DNA of 64,000 nt from Thermoplasmata archaeon (GCA_030037855.1 JASHPY010000077.1:2035-66034), one strand, 5' to 3'; shown: positions 28,532-37,160, counted from the first letter of the stretch. The notes: generated from the sequence alone by a model not told the origin. Numbers and translations are program-made.

Positions 28532-29428
28532 ATGGTCGATCGTTCCGAGTCGAGCTTCCTCGAGGTCGACGGCTACAAGATCTATCTCCGGACGTTCGGC
28601 CCGAGGCGGCGCGGTCGCACGCTGCTCTGTGTTCACGGAGGACCCGGGGGCACGCACGACTACCTCCTCCCGCTCGCGGACCTCGCCCGCCAGGGCTACC
28701 GGGTCGTGTTCTATGACGCGCTCGGCTGCGGGCACTCGGACCTTCCCGAGACGTCCCGGCTCTTCACGGTCGAGCACGACCTCGAGGTGCTGGACGCGGT
28801 CCGGCGATCGCTCGGCGAGGAGCGCGTGCATCTGATGGGCTCGAGCTACGGCGGCCTCCTCGTCCTCGACTACGCGACGCGCCACTCCGAGCGTCTGCTG
28901 AGCCTGAACTCGACCGGTGGCCTGACCGACGTGCCGCTGTGCGTGCGCGAGATGCAACGGCTCGTGCGCGGGCTCCCCGCCCGGACCCGGGCGACGCTGC
29001 GCGAGTACGGCGCGCGCGGGGAGTTCCTCCACCCGGAGTACGAGGCCGCGGCGATGCAGTTCTATCGGCGGCATCTCTGCCGGCTCTGGCCGTGGCCGGA
29101 GCCCGTCGTCGCAACGATGGTACGGATGAGCCGGCCCGTGTACAACACGATGAACGGACCGAACGAGTTCACGATCGTGGGAAGGATCAAGGACCTCGTC
29201 TTCACCCCGGAGCTCCGGAGGGTCTCGGTCCCCTCCCTGCTCATCCACGGACGGTACGACGAGGTCACGCCGCTCATGGGCGAGCGGATGCACCGCGCCC
29301 TGCCCGGTTCGTTGTTCCGCATCTTCCCCCGGAGCTCGCACACGGCCTTCTGGGAGCAGCGCCGGGAGTACCTGCGATTGGTCTCGGGCTTCATGGGGAT
29401 GGCGGAAGAGACCCTACGCTCGGCCTGA
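28532..29428 (+). CDS. proline iminopeptidase, tricorn-interacting factor F1 family (alpha/beta hydrolase)
   Basis: HGGPGGTHDYL, nucleophile elbow GSSYGG, MNGPNEFTI, HGRYDEVTP. Close pattern match to Thermoplasma F1 as recalled. Confidence 0.8.
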   Translation: MVDRSESSFLEVDGYKIYLRTFGPRRRGRTLLCVHGGPGGTHDYLLPLADLARQGYRVVFYDALGCGHSDLPETSRLFTVEHDLEVLDAVRRSLGEERVHLMGSSYGGLLVLDYATRHSERLLSLNSTGGLTDVPLCVREMQRLVRGLPARTRATLREYGARGEFLHPEYEAAAMQFYRRHLCRLWPWPEPVVATMVRMSRPVYNTMNGPNEFTIVGRIKDLVFTPELRRVSVPSLLIHGRYDEVTPLMGERMHRALPGSLFRIFPRSSHTAFWEQRREYLRLVSGFMGMAEETLRSA

Positions 29429-29497
29429 GGCGCGGGCGACGGAGGGGAACGCGCGACGCCCCCGGGCGGCGGGCGGTGGGGTCGCGGGCTCCGCCGT

Positions 29498-30115
29498 TCA
29501 GGTCAGCGTGACGGGGACCGAACCGGAGTATCGACCGGCGCCGAGCACGTCGAGCGTGTTCCCCTCGCCGAACGGGGAGCTCGTCGTCTCACCGAACTGG
29601 ATCCAGATCGTGTCGGTCGTATCGACCGGCGTCGTCGCGGAGTCCCCGGTGCCGTAGGTCTCCCAGCTCGTGACGACGAACGGGCTCGACTTCGCGACCT
29701 CGGTGGAGGCGATGACGGTGCCTTTTTCGTTGACGATCGCGACCATCGCGTAGTTCTTCGAGACGTCCCACACGGCGCCGGTCGACGTGACGACCTTGAA
29801 ATTCAGACTCGCGATCGTGAGGCCGGTGCTGGCCGAATCGATCGGCACCGAGTAGCAGTAGTGGTTCGCTTCGCAATACGAGGACGTCTTGCTCGTGCCC
29901 ACGAACTTCCCCGCCGGACCCGCGTAGAACTCCGCGCCGAGCGGTACCGAGGTCGTCGAGCTCCCGTGGATCACCCCCGCGATGAGGATGTACAGCACGG
30001 CCACGAGCACGACCGCGATCGCGACGAGGAGGATCGTCGCGAGCACGTCCGAAACCGCCCGATGCTGACGCCGAAGTCGCCGGCGGAGCTGCTCGGATCG
30101 CAGGATCGACTGCAT
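29498..30115 (-). CDS. archaeal type IV pilin-like protein with class III signal peptide
   Basis: N-terminus MQSILRSEQLRRRLRRQHRAVSDVLATILLVAIAVVLVAVLY matches the R/K-rich leader plus hydrophobic ATILLVAI core. Start at Met77 of ORF 29498..30343. Confidence 0.65.
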   Translation of the reverse strand: MQSILRSEQLRRRLRRQHRAVSDVLATILLVAIAVVLVAVLYILIAGVIHGSSTTSVPLGAEFYAGPAGKFVGTSKTSSYCEANHYCYSVPIDSASTGLTIASLNFKVVTSTGAVWDVSKNYAMVAIVNEKGTVIASTEVAKSSPFVVTSWETYGTGDSATTPVDTTDTIWIQFGETTSSPFGEGNTLDVLGAGRYSGSVPVTLT

Positions 30116-30187
30116 GGCCCGCTGAGCCCGGGGATCCCGTCGCCCGACGACCGGGCGGCGTGGGGACGTGGCTGTCTGCGAGCCCAT

Positions 30188-30200
30188 CGTATAAAAATCA
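30188..30200 (-). promoter_or_regulatory. TTTTTATA element (minus strand): candidate pilin TATA box and oligo-T terminator for the upstream SRPBCC gene
   Basis: A 5-T run about 35 nt downstream of the SRPBCC stop and about 75 nt upstream of the pilin ATG. Confidence 0.35.
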
Positions 30201-30234
30201 CGCGGCTCGGCGGCCGGCGCGCGGACGCGGTGCG

Positions 30235-30765
30235 CTATCGACGGCGCGTCCCGTTCGGCGGGCTCCGACGGGGCCCACCCTGCGCCCGCTCCCGAAGGCT
30301 CCGCCGGTAGTCGGCCTCCAGGGCCCGACCGAACCGTTGCCACAGCTCTCGGAGGTTCTGCTGTACGGCGGCCGGGCTCGGAGGGTCGGTCTCGAGCGGG
30401 GTCGAGGTTCGGAGCCCCCGAAATCGGAATCGGGTCGTGCCGTCGAGGCCCGGGCGCAATCGGTAGTCGATGCTCCAGGTACGGTAGTTACCGACCGATT
30501 CGGCGTGCCAGTAGCGGGGCGGATGGAGCGTCACCGTCTGTCGGTTGAGGAACCATCCGCCCGCATGATCGCCGAGGTCTTGATAGACGACCGTCCGGCG
30601 CCCGCGGCTCAGGATCCGGCGCGTGTAGGTCTCGCGCTCGATCCGCGGGTCGCCCGGGGAGTAGTCGGTGCACCACCGAAAGACGAACGGGACCGGAGCG
30701 CGGAACGTCGTCTCGATCTCGTGCCACCGACCGGTGTTCGACGGAGGGCCGTCCGGGCTCGCCAC
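30235..30765 (-). CDS. SRPBCC (START/Bet v1-like) family protein
   Basis: About 140-aa ligand-binding fold pattern (FRAPVPFVFRWCTDY...WSIDYRL) with an R-rich tail. Confidence 0.5.
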   Translation of the reverse strand: MASPDGPPSNTGRWHEIETTFRAPVPFVFRWCTDYSPGDPRIERETYTRRILSRGRRTVVYQDLGDHAGGWFLNRQTVTLHPPRYWHAESVGNYRTWSIDYRLRPGLDGTTRFRFRGLRTSTPLETDPPSPAAVQQNLRELWQRFGRALEADYRRSLRERAQGGPRRSPPNGTRRR

Positions 30766-30837
30766 GCCCCCGCGACCCGGTGGGCCCCCATTATCTTGAC
30801 CCCGACCCGCCGCCCGACGAGGGGGGTCGAGTGTGAA

Positions 30838-30857
30838 ATCTATTATATATATTTAGG
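30838..30857. promoter_or_regulatory. strong TATA island (ATCTATTATATATATTTAGG), likely bidirectional
   Basis: The most AT-rich 20-mer in this part of the window. It lies 20-35 nt upstream of the GTG start at 30876. Confidence 0.5.
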
Positions 30858-30875
30858 ACACATAGTTCCGGTCGC

Positions 30876-31442
30876 GTGAAGCTGGAGGCGAGCCTCATCC
30901 GCGAGCCCGGGGAGCGCCCGTTCCCGCGGGAGATGCGAGTTTGCGTACCGCGGAGTCGGGGGCGTCCCCGAGAAGAGTATCGACCTCGGGTCCGTACGGA
31001 GCGGGACGTCGAGCGGCTCCGGCGACACCGAGTCCCTGCGCTGCTCCTCACGTCGGAGTGGGTGACGCGGAGCGGCTACCCCGTCCGATTCCGCCCGTGG
31101 CTCGCGGTCCCGGAGGAACTTGCTTCCAAGATCACGTCCGACTACCGGCTCCTCCCGGTGAAGGACGGGGAGGCCCTCCGAGCCCCGGGCGTCGCCGAGC
31201 TCGTGACCCTGCTGCTGCGGTTCGACCCGCTCGCGGCGCGCCTCGTCGCGGTGCGGAACCGGCGGCGGCTCGACCCGAACGAACTGTATCGGCGCGTCCG
31301 CAACGAGGGGCTCGAGCGCGCGGCCACGCGAGTCCGGCTGCAGGAGTTCGCCGCGGCGCTGCCGAAGGTCGGCACGGCCCTCGATCGCGAGGAGCTCCGG
31401 TGGATCGAACGGAACAACCCCCCGCTCGAGGAGGCCGCATGA
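30876..31442 (+). CDS. hypothetical protein (188 aa), first gene of a two-gene cassette
   Basis: GTG start just downstream of the TATA island. Its 3' end overlaps the next gene as ATGA, with GAGGAGG in front of that gene. Confidence 0.45.
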   Translation: MKLEASLIREPGERPFPREMRVCVPRSRGRPREEYRPRVRTERDVERLRRHRVPALLLTSEWVTRSGYPVRFRPWLAVPEELASKITSDYRLLPVKDGEALRAPGVAELVTLLLRFDPLAARLVAVRNRRRLDPNELYRRVRNEGLERAATRVRLQEFAAALPKVGTALDREELRWIERNNPPLEEAA

Positions 31443-32017
31443 CCGAACCCGAGGTCGCGGCGGCCGACGCGGTCTTCCGACGCCAGGGGATCCGATACGT
31501 CGTGATCGGGGGCCAGGCGATCGCGCAGAAGGCGGCGACCGCGACGCGCGACGTCGACGTCATGGTCGCCACCGCGGACTACCAGCGGACGCTCGAACGG
31601 TTGCGCGGGGAGAAGGGGCTCGCGTTCGACTGGGAGGACGGGAAGCTAGCTCGGTTTCGGATCCTCGGCCAGGGCGGCGTTCCGCTCGACATCATCGACG
31701 CGGTGACGTTCTCGGGGCGGCGGAGCGGAGAGGAGTTCTTCCGCTACCTGCTCGAGGACTCGTCGGAGGAGTCGGACGGGATCCGGTATGCCTCGCCCGA
31801 GCTCGTCTGGTACACCCGACTCCTCACGAAGCGCTGGCGGGCGTACGCGGAGAAGATCGTCACGAACGTGATCGATGGACTCTCGCCCGGACGGCTCGGC
31901 AAGGTCGATGAGATCGCCCGGCGGTTCGGGACCGACAAGATGCTCGCCGAACGGATCGCGTACGTGCGCGCCGAACTCGAGCGGCCGGACCTCGAGCGCC
32001 TGCGGTCCACGGAGTAG
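31439..32017 (+). CDS. Pol-beta-superfamily nucleotidyltransferase-fold protein (AbiEii-like?)
   Basis: IGGQAIAQKAATATRDVDVMVA fits the NTase hG[GS]...DhDhhh signature. Start at Met inside ORF 30941..32017. Confidence 0.5.
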   Translation: MTEPEVAAADAVFRRQGIRYVVIGGQAIAQKAATATRDVDVMVATADYQRTLERLRGEKGLAFDWEDGKLARFRILGQGGVPLDIIDAVTFSGRRSGEEFFRYLLEDSSEESDGIRYASPELVWYTRLLTKRWRAYAEKIVTNVIDGLSPGRLGKVDEIARRFGTDKMLAERIAYVRAELERPDLERLRSTE

Positions 32018-32109
32018 GGGCCTCCCTCACCGCTTCGGCGCGGCTTCGGCCTCGCCGGCGTTTCCCGTGCCTCGATACCTTAATCCCACAGAGTTCCGAC
32101 CGGCGCGCG

Positions 32110-33273
32110 GTGACCGGGTTCACTCGCTTCGCGAGGTCGTACCTCGACCTCTGGCTGCTCGTCGGCGGCGCGGCCGCGGCCGTCGCCGCGCTGCTCCTGT
32201 TGGCGCTCGCCCCGGGCGTCGGCGGGTACCTCCCGATCGGCCTCCTTCTCGACGGCGGGGTGGCGATCGGCGGGTCGATCGCGATCCAGTTCCGGCGACG
32301 GGAGCCCTCGCCGCGCGACCCGTCCCCGGACTCGTGGGAGGCGCTCTCCTTCCCAGCGTCTAAGCCGCCCGGGCCGGGGCTTCGCGACGCCGAGTCCTGG
32401 GCCCCGGTTCCCCGCAGCGGCATCGCCCGGGCCGCGGTATCGGTCCATCCCGGCCGCGCCACCCTCGGTACCTGGTGGAGGCGGGGTGCGAGCGAGTCGC
32501 TCGACCTTTCGAGCGGAGGATCGGTCCCTGCGAACGCCCCGGCCGCGTCGCGCTCCGGAGGGTTCTTCTCCTTCCACTCGTCGGCCCACCCCGCCGCGGG
32601 ACGAGCGCGCGGACCGACCGCGGGATATTCCGCCTCGGCGACCGGCAAAGCCGGTGCGCGGCCGATGTCGTCTCCGTTCACCCCCGCGGAACTGGACCGA
32701 CTCTTCCCCGTCGAGCGAGACGTTTCGATCGAGACCCTCGTCGCCGGCCGGGCCGCACCTCCGAGCGAACCGCTTCGGGCCGTCGGGGGACCCGGGCCGC
32801 CGCCGGTCTCGCTCGCCGCCCCCGCCGGGACCGCCGAGGCTCCCGCATCCCCCGAGCCGTTCCCGGGAACGTCTCGCACCCCGACGACCGATTCGGCGGG
32901 GCGGCCGATACGCCACCTCCTCCCGGACCGCTTCGACCGCTCCGGGGCGGAGCGCAGCAGCGTCCCGCCCGTATCGACCTCGAGCCCCCGACTCCTCCGG
33001 GAGGTGGCGAATCCCGTCCCGCCGCACCTCCGGGGAGCGGCCGCGCGCGATCACCGTCCGGTCCCGAGCGCCGTCCCCCGGCGGACCGCGCCCGCCGACG
33101 GTTCGTTGAGCTGTGGATCGTGCACGCGCCCGCTCTCCGACTTCCGTGCCTGGGCCCCGTGCGTCCAGTGCGGCCAGCCGATCTGCCGCCGTTGCCTCAG
33201 CCAATCGTTCGGGGTCGGTGAACAGGGCCTCTGCTGGGACTGCTCCGACCCCGTGCCGAGCCGGGCGTCCTGA
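32110..33273 (+). CDS. membrane-anchored protein with Pro-rich linker and C-terminal multi-CxxC zinc-finger
   Basis: Two N-terminal TM helices, about 250 aa of P/A/S-rich low complexity, then CGSC...CVQC...CRRC...CWDC. Confidence 0.4.
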   Translation: MTGFTRFARSYLDLWLLVGGAAAAVAALLLLALAPGVGGYLPIGLLLDGGVAIGGSIAIQFRRREPSPRDPSPDSWEALSFPASKPPGPGLRDAESWAPVPRSGIARAAVSVHPGRATLGTWWRRGASESLDLSSGGSVPANAPAASRSGGFFSFHSSAHPAAGRARGPTAGYSASATGKAGARPMSSPFTPAELDRLFPVERDVSIETLVAGRAAPPSEPLRAVGGPGPPPVSLAAPAGTAEAPASPEPFPGTSRTPTTDSAGRPIRHLLPDRFDRSGAERSSVPPVSTSSPRLLREVANPVPPHLRGAAARDHRPVPSAVPRRTAPADGSLSCGSCTRPLSDFRAWAPCVQCGQPICRRCLSQSFGVGEQGLCWDCSDPVPSRAS

Positions 33274-33310
33274 ACTCGGGCCCCGATCGCGCTCCCGGGA
33301 CGGGGCTCGA

Positions 33311-33346
33311 ATTTATATTACAAGATACATCACGATATATCGTGAT
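33311..33346 (+). promoter_or_regulatory. TATA box (ATTTATATTA) plus perfect 18-bp palindrome ATCACGATATATCGTGAT overlapping the padR start codon
   Basis: The palindrome spans 33329..33346 and the TATA box sits about 25 nt upstream of the ATG at 33345. Confidence 0.55.
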
Positions 33347-33821
33347 GTCCTCGACGGAAGACCGCCCGATCTCCCTTCGGCCCGCCCTCCGTCGGGGCGC
33401 CGCGCCCCTCCTGGTGCTCCGCGTCCTCTCCCAGGGCCCGCGTCACGGGTACGGCATATCCCAGGGGATCTCCGAGCTGTTCCTCGGGAACTACGAGCCG
33501 AGCCCGGGCATGGTCTATCCGACCCTGCAGTCGCTCGAGGATCAGGGGTTCGTCCGCGGGGAGCGATCCGCCGGTCGGGTCGTGTACACGATCACCGACG
33601 CGGGACGCGCGCACCTCGCCCGCGCTCGCCCCGAAGTCGAGCGGCTGCTGTCCGGGGCGGCCGAAGCGGACCCGGCCCGACCGATCGCGCGGTCGGCCGA
33701 GCGCCTTCGTCGCACGATCCTCCTGTTCTTGCCCGAGATGACCGCGGATCAGCGGCGGCGCGTCGCGGCCTGGCTCGACGACGTGCGCGCTCGCGTCGCT
33801 CGAATGGTGGAGGGGTCGTGA
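33342..33821 (+). CDS. PadR family transcriptional regulator
   Basis: PadR wHTH: LLVLRVLSQGPRHGYGISQGISEL...SPGMVYPTLQSLEDQGFV. Confidence 0.85.
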   Translation: MMSSTEDRPISLRPALRRGAAPLLVLRVLSQGPRHGYGISQGISELFLGNYEPSPGMVYPTLQSLEDQGFVRGERSAGRVVYTITDAGRAHLARARPEVERLLSGAAEADPARPIARSAERLRRTILLFLPEMTADQRRRVAAWLDDVRARVARMVEGS

Positions 33822-34504
33822 GTCGCCCCGACGGTTCCCGAACCGTCGACGGGCGTCGTGCGTTTTGGCTGGTCGTGCTCGGCGTAGTGCTCTACGCGGT
33901 GCTCGACGTCGTCGCGCAGCTCCTCCCTCCCCACTACAGCCCGATATCGCAGGCGGAGAGCGACCTCGCGGTCGGACCGTACGGGTTCGTGATGACGATC
34001 AACTTCGTCAATCGGGGACTCCTCTCGCTGCTCTTCCTCGCCGCCCTCGCCCGCACGGTGCGATCCTCGGGGGGGAGGTGGACCGAGCTCCGCGGGGGGG
34101 CCGTTCTGGTGGGGATCTGGGGGTTCGGAGCGCTCCTCCTCGCGGCGTTCCCGACCGACGTGCCGGCGACACCGGTTTCCTGGCACGGCGCGATTCACCT
34201 CGTGGTCGCACTGATCGCGTTCCTCGCGGGCGCGTTCGGCATCTTTCTCCTGGCCGTACGGTTCGACCGCGTACCCGCCCTCGCACGTACGCGAGCGTTC
34301 GCCCTGCCGCTCGCTGCCCTCTCGATCCTCCTCTGCCTCATCGACCTCGGTCTTCCGTTCGTCGCTCCGCACCTGAGCGGGCGGATCGGCGGGTTGACGG
34401 AGCGGCTGTTCCTCGGTTCCGTGCTGCTCTGGATCCTGCTCGTCTCGCTCGTGCTCGCCCGCGAGCGGCCGGCCGAGGTCTCGCGGTCCGCGGATCCGCT
34501 CTGA
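33818..34504 (+). CDS. integral membrane protein (DUF998-like), co-transcribed with padR
   Basis: GTG start overlaps the padR TGA (GTGA). 6-7 hydrophobic helices. In frame within ORF 33113..34504. Confidence 0.55.
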   Translation: MSRPDGSRTVDGRRAFWLVVLGVVLYAVLDVVAQLLPPHYSPISQAESDLAVGPYGFVMTINFVNRGLLSLLFLAALARTVRSSGGRWTELRGGAVLVGIWGFGALLLAAFPTDVPATPVSWHGAIHLVVALIAFLAGAFGIFLLAVRFDRVPALARTRAFALPLAALSILLCLIDLGLPFVAPHLSGRIGGLTERLFLGSVLLWILLVSLVLARERPAEVSRSADPL

Positions 34505-34603
34505 CCCTCGCGGTGCGCCCCGACGTAGCGCGGGAGGGCGTCGCGTGCGACGTCACGTCACCCGCAACGTCTAAGTGGAGGCCGCGGTCCCGCCGTCCTA
34601 CCG

Positions 34604-36229
34604 ATGTCACCGACCCCAGCCGACCGACTCGCGCCCCTCGAGCGCGCGATCGTCGATCACCTGTTCGTCTACCGGCCGACCCTCGCCGCCGGCCTCGGGC
34701 TGCACGAGTACGACGGACGACTCCCCGACCTCTCCCTCGACGCCACGAGCCGCTGGGCGATCGAGGCCCGGCGACTGCTCCGCGAGCTCGGGTCGATCGG
34801 GGAGTCGGGACTCTCCGCCCCCCGCCGGCTCGACCGGAGCCTGCTCGAACTCCTCCTCACCGGGACGCTCTTCGACCTCGAGGAGACTCGCGAGCACGAC
34901 CGGAACCCGATGACCTACCTGTTCCAGCCGGACCTCACGGGCTACATCTCCCGGGACTACGCCCCGGTCGCCGACCGGGCGACGTCGATCGCGCGGGTGC
35001 TGCGCGGGGTCCCGCCGCTTCTCGAGTCGGCGAAGCGGCGGCTGGAAAAGATCCTGCCGAAGCCGTTCGTGACCCTCGCCATCCAGATCGCGACCGGCCT
35101 GCCGTCGCATTTCGCCGAGGGCGAGACGTTCGCCGCCGCCGCGCCTCCGAAGGTCCGGGACGAGGTGCACGCGGCCCGCGTCGCCGCGGACGCGGCCACC
35201 CTCGACTTCGCCGAGTGGCTCCGGAAGGAGCGGCTGCCGTTCGCGGACGACCGATTCCGGCTCGGCGCCGAGAAGTTCCAGCGCCTGCTCTGGGTGCGCG
35301 AAGGCCTGCGAACCCCGGTGGAGGAGGTGCTGCGGCAGGGTCGGGCGGACCTCGCGCACAACCAGGAGCGGCTCGCGGCGATCGCCCGGCGGGCCGGGGT
35401 GCCCGTCGCGGAGCTGATCTCGCGACTGCACGTGAAGCACCCGGGAACCGAGGAGCTGCTGCCGTACGTCCGCCGGCTCACGGACGACGCGCGCGAGTTC
35501 GTGCGAGCGAAGGAGCTCGCGACCATCCCCGAGCCCGAGCTCTGCCACGTGCGGGAGACCCCGCCGTGGGCCCGCGACCTCTGGACCGCCGCGCTGAGCC
35601 CGCCGGGACCGTTCGAGAAGCCCGTCGACGGGATCTACTGGGTCACGTCCGTCGACCCGGCGTGGTCCCCCGAGCAGAAGGAAGGATGGCTGCGGACGCT
35701 CAACTACTCGATGCTGAAGAACACGACCGTCCACGAGGTCTGGCCCGGCCACTACCTTCAGTCCCTCCACTTCCGCCGGACGGAGCAGAGCCTCGCCCGC
35801 AAGGTCTGGTTCTCGTACTCGTTCGTCGAGGGGTGGGCGCACTACTGCGAGCAGGTCGCGCTCGAGGTCGGATTCGACGAGGGCTCGACGGAGGCCGAAG
35901 TGACCCAGATCATCGACGCGTTGACGCGCGACTGCCGGCTCGTCGCGTCGATCGGCCTGCACACGCAGGGGATGACGGTCGCGGAGGCCACGCGCCTGTT
36001 CGAGGCCGAGGCCCACCTCGAGACGATCCACGCCGAGCGGGAGGCGATCCGCGGCACCTACAACCCCGAGTACTTCTGCTACACGCTCGGAAAGCTCGCG
36101 ATCCTCGACGTTCGCTCGAAGTATCTCGGCCCGAAGTTCGGCTCGTCGCTCAAGGGCTTCCACGACACGCTGCTCGCGTTCGGGAATCCGCCGATCGGCT
36201 TCCTGGACCCCTTGTTGGCCGGACCCTGA
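34604..36229 (+). CDS. DUF885 family protein (metallopeptidase-like)
   Basis: HEVWPGHYLQ (HExxPGHH-like) motif and the family-typical length. Confidence 0.6.
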   Translation: MSPTPADRLAPLERAIVDHLFVYRPTLAAGLGLHEYDGRLPDLSLDATSRWAIEARRLLRELGSIGESGLSAPRRLDRSLLELLLTGTLFDLEETREHDRNPMTYLFQPDLTGYISRDYAPVADRATSIARVLRGVPPLLESAKRRLEKILPKPFVTLAIQIATGLPSHFAEGETFAAAAPPKVRDEVHAARVAADAATLDFAEWLRKERLPFADDRFRLGAEKFQRLLWVREGLRTPVEEVLRQGRADLAHNQERLAAIARRAGVPVAELISRLHVKHPGTEELLPYVRRLTDDAREFVRAKELATIPEPELCHVRETPPWARDLWTAALSPPGPFEKPVDGIYWVTSVDPAWSPEQKEGWLRTLNYSMLKNTTVHEVWPGHYLQSLHFRRTEQSLARKVWFSYSFVEGWAHYCEQVALEVGFDEGSTEAEVTQIIDALTRDCRLVASIGLHTQGMTVAEATRLFEAEAHLETIHAEREAIRGTYNPEYFCYTLGKLAILDVRSKYLGPKFGSSLKGFHDTLLAFGNPPIGFLDPLLAGP

Positions 36230-36288
36230 CCCGCCCGTCCGTTCCCGGATCTAGCGGCGACAACTCCTTCTAAGCGGTCGGCCGCTCC

Positions 36289-37083
36289 ATGGCCGTGGCG
36301 AGCTCGACCTGCGCGAAGTGCGGGCAACCGTTACCGGCCGGGGCCGGCTTCTGCACGAACTGCGGGACTCCGGTCGCCGCCCCACTTTCGAGCGATGCCC
36401 CGCCGGTGCCGCCGCTCGACCTCGGGGCGACCGGCGGCCCGGCCGACCCGCCGCCTCCCACCGGTCCGCCGCTCGCCGCCGTGCTCGGGCTCGAGGGCTC
36501 CCGGAAGTTCCTCCTGCAGCACCTCCTCGTCGGGGCCCGCCACAGCTACCGGATCCTCGACGGGGAGAAGCGACCGATCTGCTCGTTCGGCGAGAACGTC
36601 CGCGCGGAGCGCGAAGCGCTCGTCCAGCAGATCTTCCACCCCGCGCCCAACGCGTCGTCCGGGAGCCGCGTCCAGGTCCACTGGGGCACTTCGGGGTTCT
36701 CCGAGACGTGGTTCTGGCTCGTCGAGGACGCCGGGGGGAACATTCGCGGCACGATCACGCTCCAGCAGTCGGGGCCCCGGGGCCGGGCGACCGTGGTCGA
36801 CCCGACCGGCGCGCCCGTGCTCGCGGTGCAGACGCACCGGTCCGGCTTCGAGACGCTCGAGGCGAGCGCGTCCGCGCCGGACGGGCGGCCGACCCTCGAG
36901 GCCCGCGGGAAGCTCCTCCATCATGAGTTCGGTATCTTCGCTCCCGGCGGCGCGGAGGTCGCCAAGGTCCACGAAGCCTGGGCGTCGGTCCGGGACACCT
37001 ACGCCGTCGACCTGCTCGGCCCGACCGACCCGCTCGCGGTGCTCGTCCTCGCGGTCCTGATCGACCACTTCAAAGGGCGCTAG
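36289..37083 (+). CDS. zinc-ribbon + LURP-one-related/scramblase-like (tubby-fold) domain protein
   Basis: N-terminal CAKCG...CTNCG zinc ribbon and Pro-rich linker. C-terminal blocks YRILDGEKRPICSF...VLAVLIDHF resemble the PLSCR/LOR family. Confidence 0.5.
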   Translation: MAVASSTCAKCGQPLPAGAGFCTNCGTPVAAPLSSDAPPVPPLDLGATGGPADPPPPTGPPLAAVLGLEGSRKFLLQHLLVGARHSYRILDGEKRPICSFGENVRAEREALVQQIFHPAPNASSGSRVQVHWGTSGFSETWFWLVEDAGGNIRGTITLQQSGPRGRATVVDPTGAPVLAVQTHRSGFETLEASASAPDGRPTLEARGKLLHHEFGIFAPGGAEVAKVHEAWASVRDTYAVDLLGPTDPLAVLVLAVLIDHFKGR

Positions 37084-37160
37084 CCTCGCGCGCCGGCGAC
37101 CCGCGGACCGACCCTGGTCAGAGGGTCAGGTCTTTATCCCGAGGCTGGTTCCCGAGCGCC

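Noticed and set aside
28499-29341. 280-aa minus-strand ORF
   Set aside because: Antisense to the well-supported proline iminopeptidase (F1) gene, with no recognisable domain.
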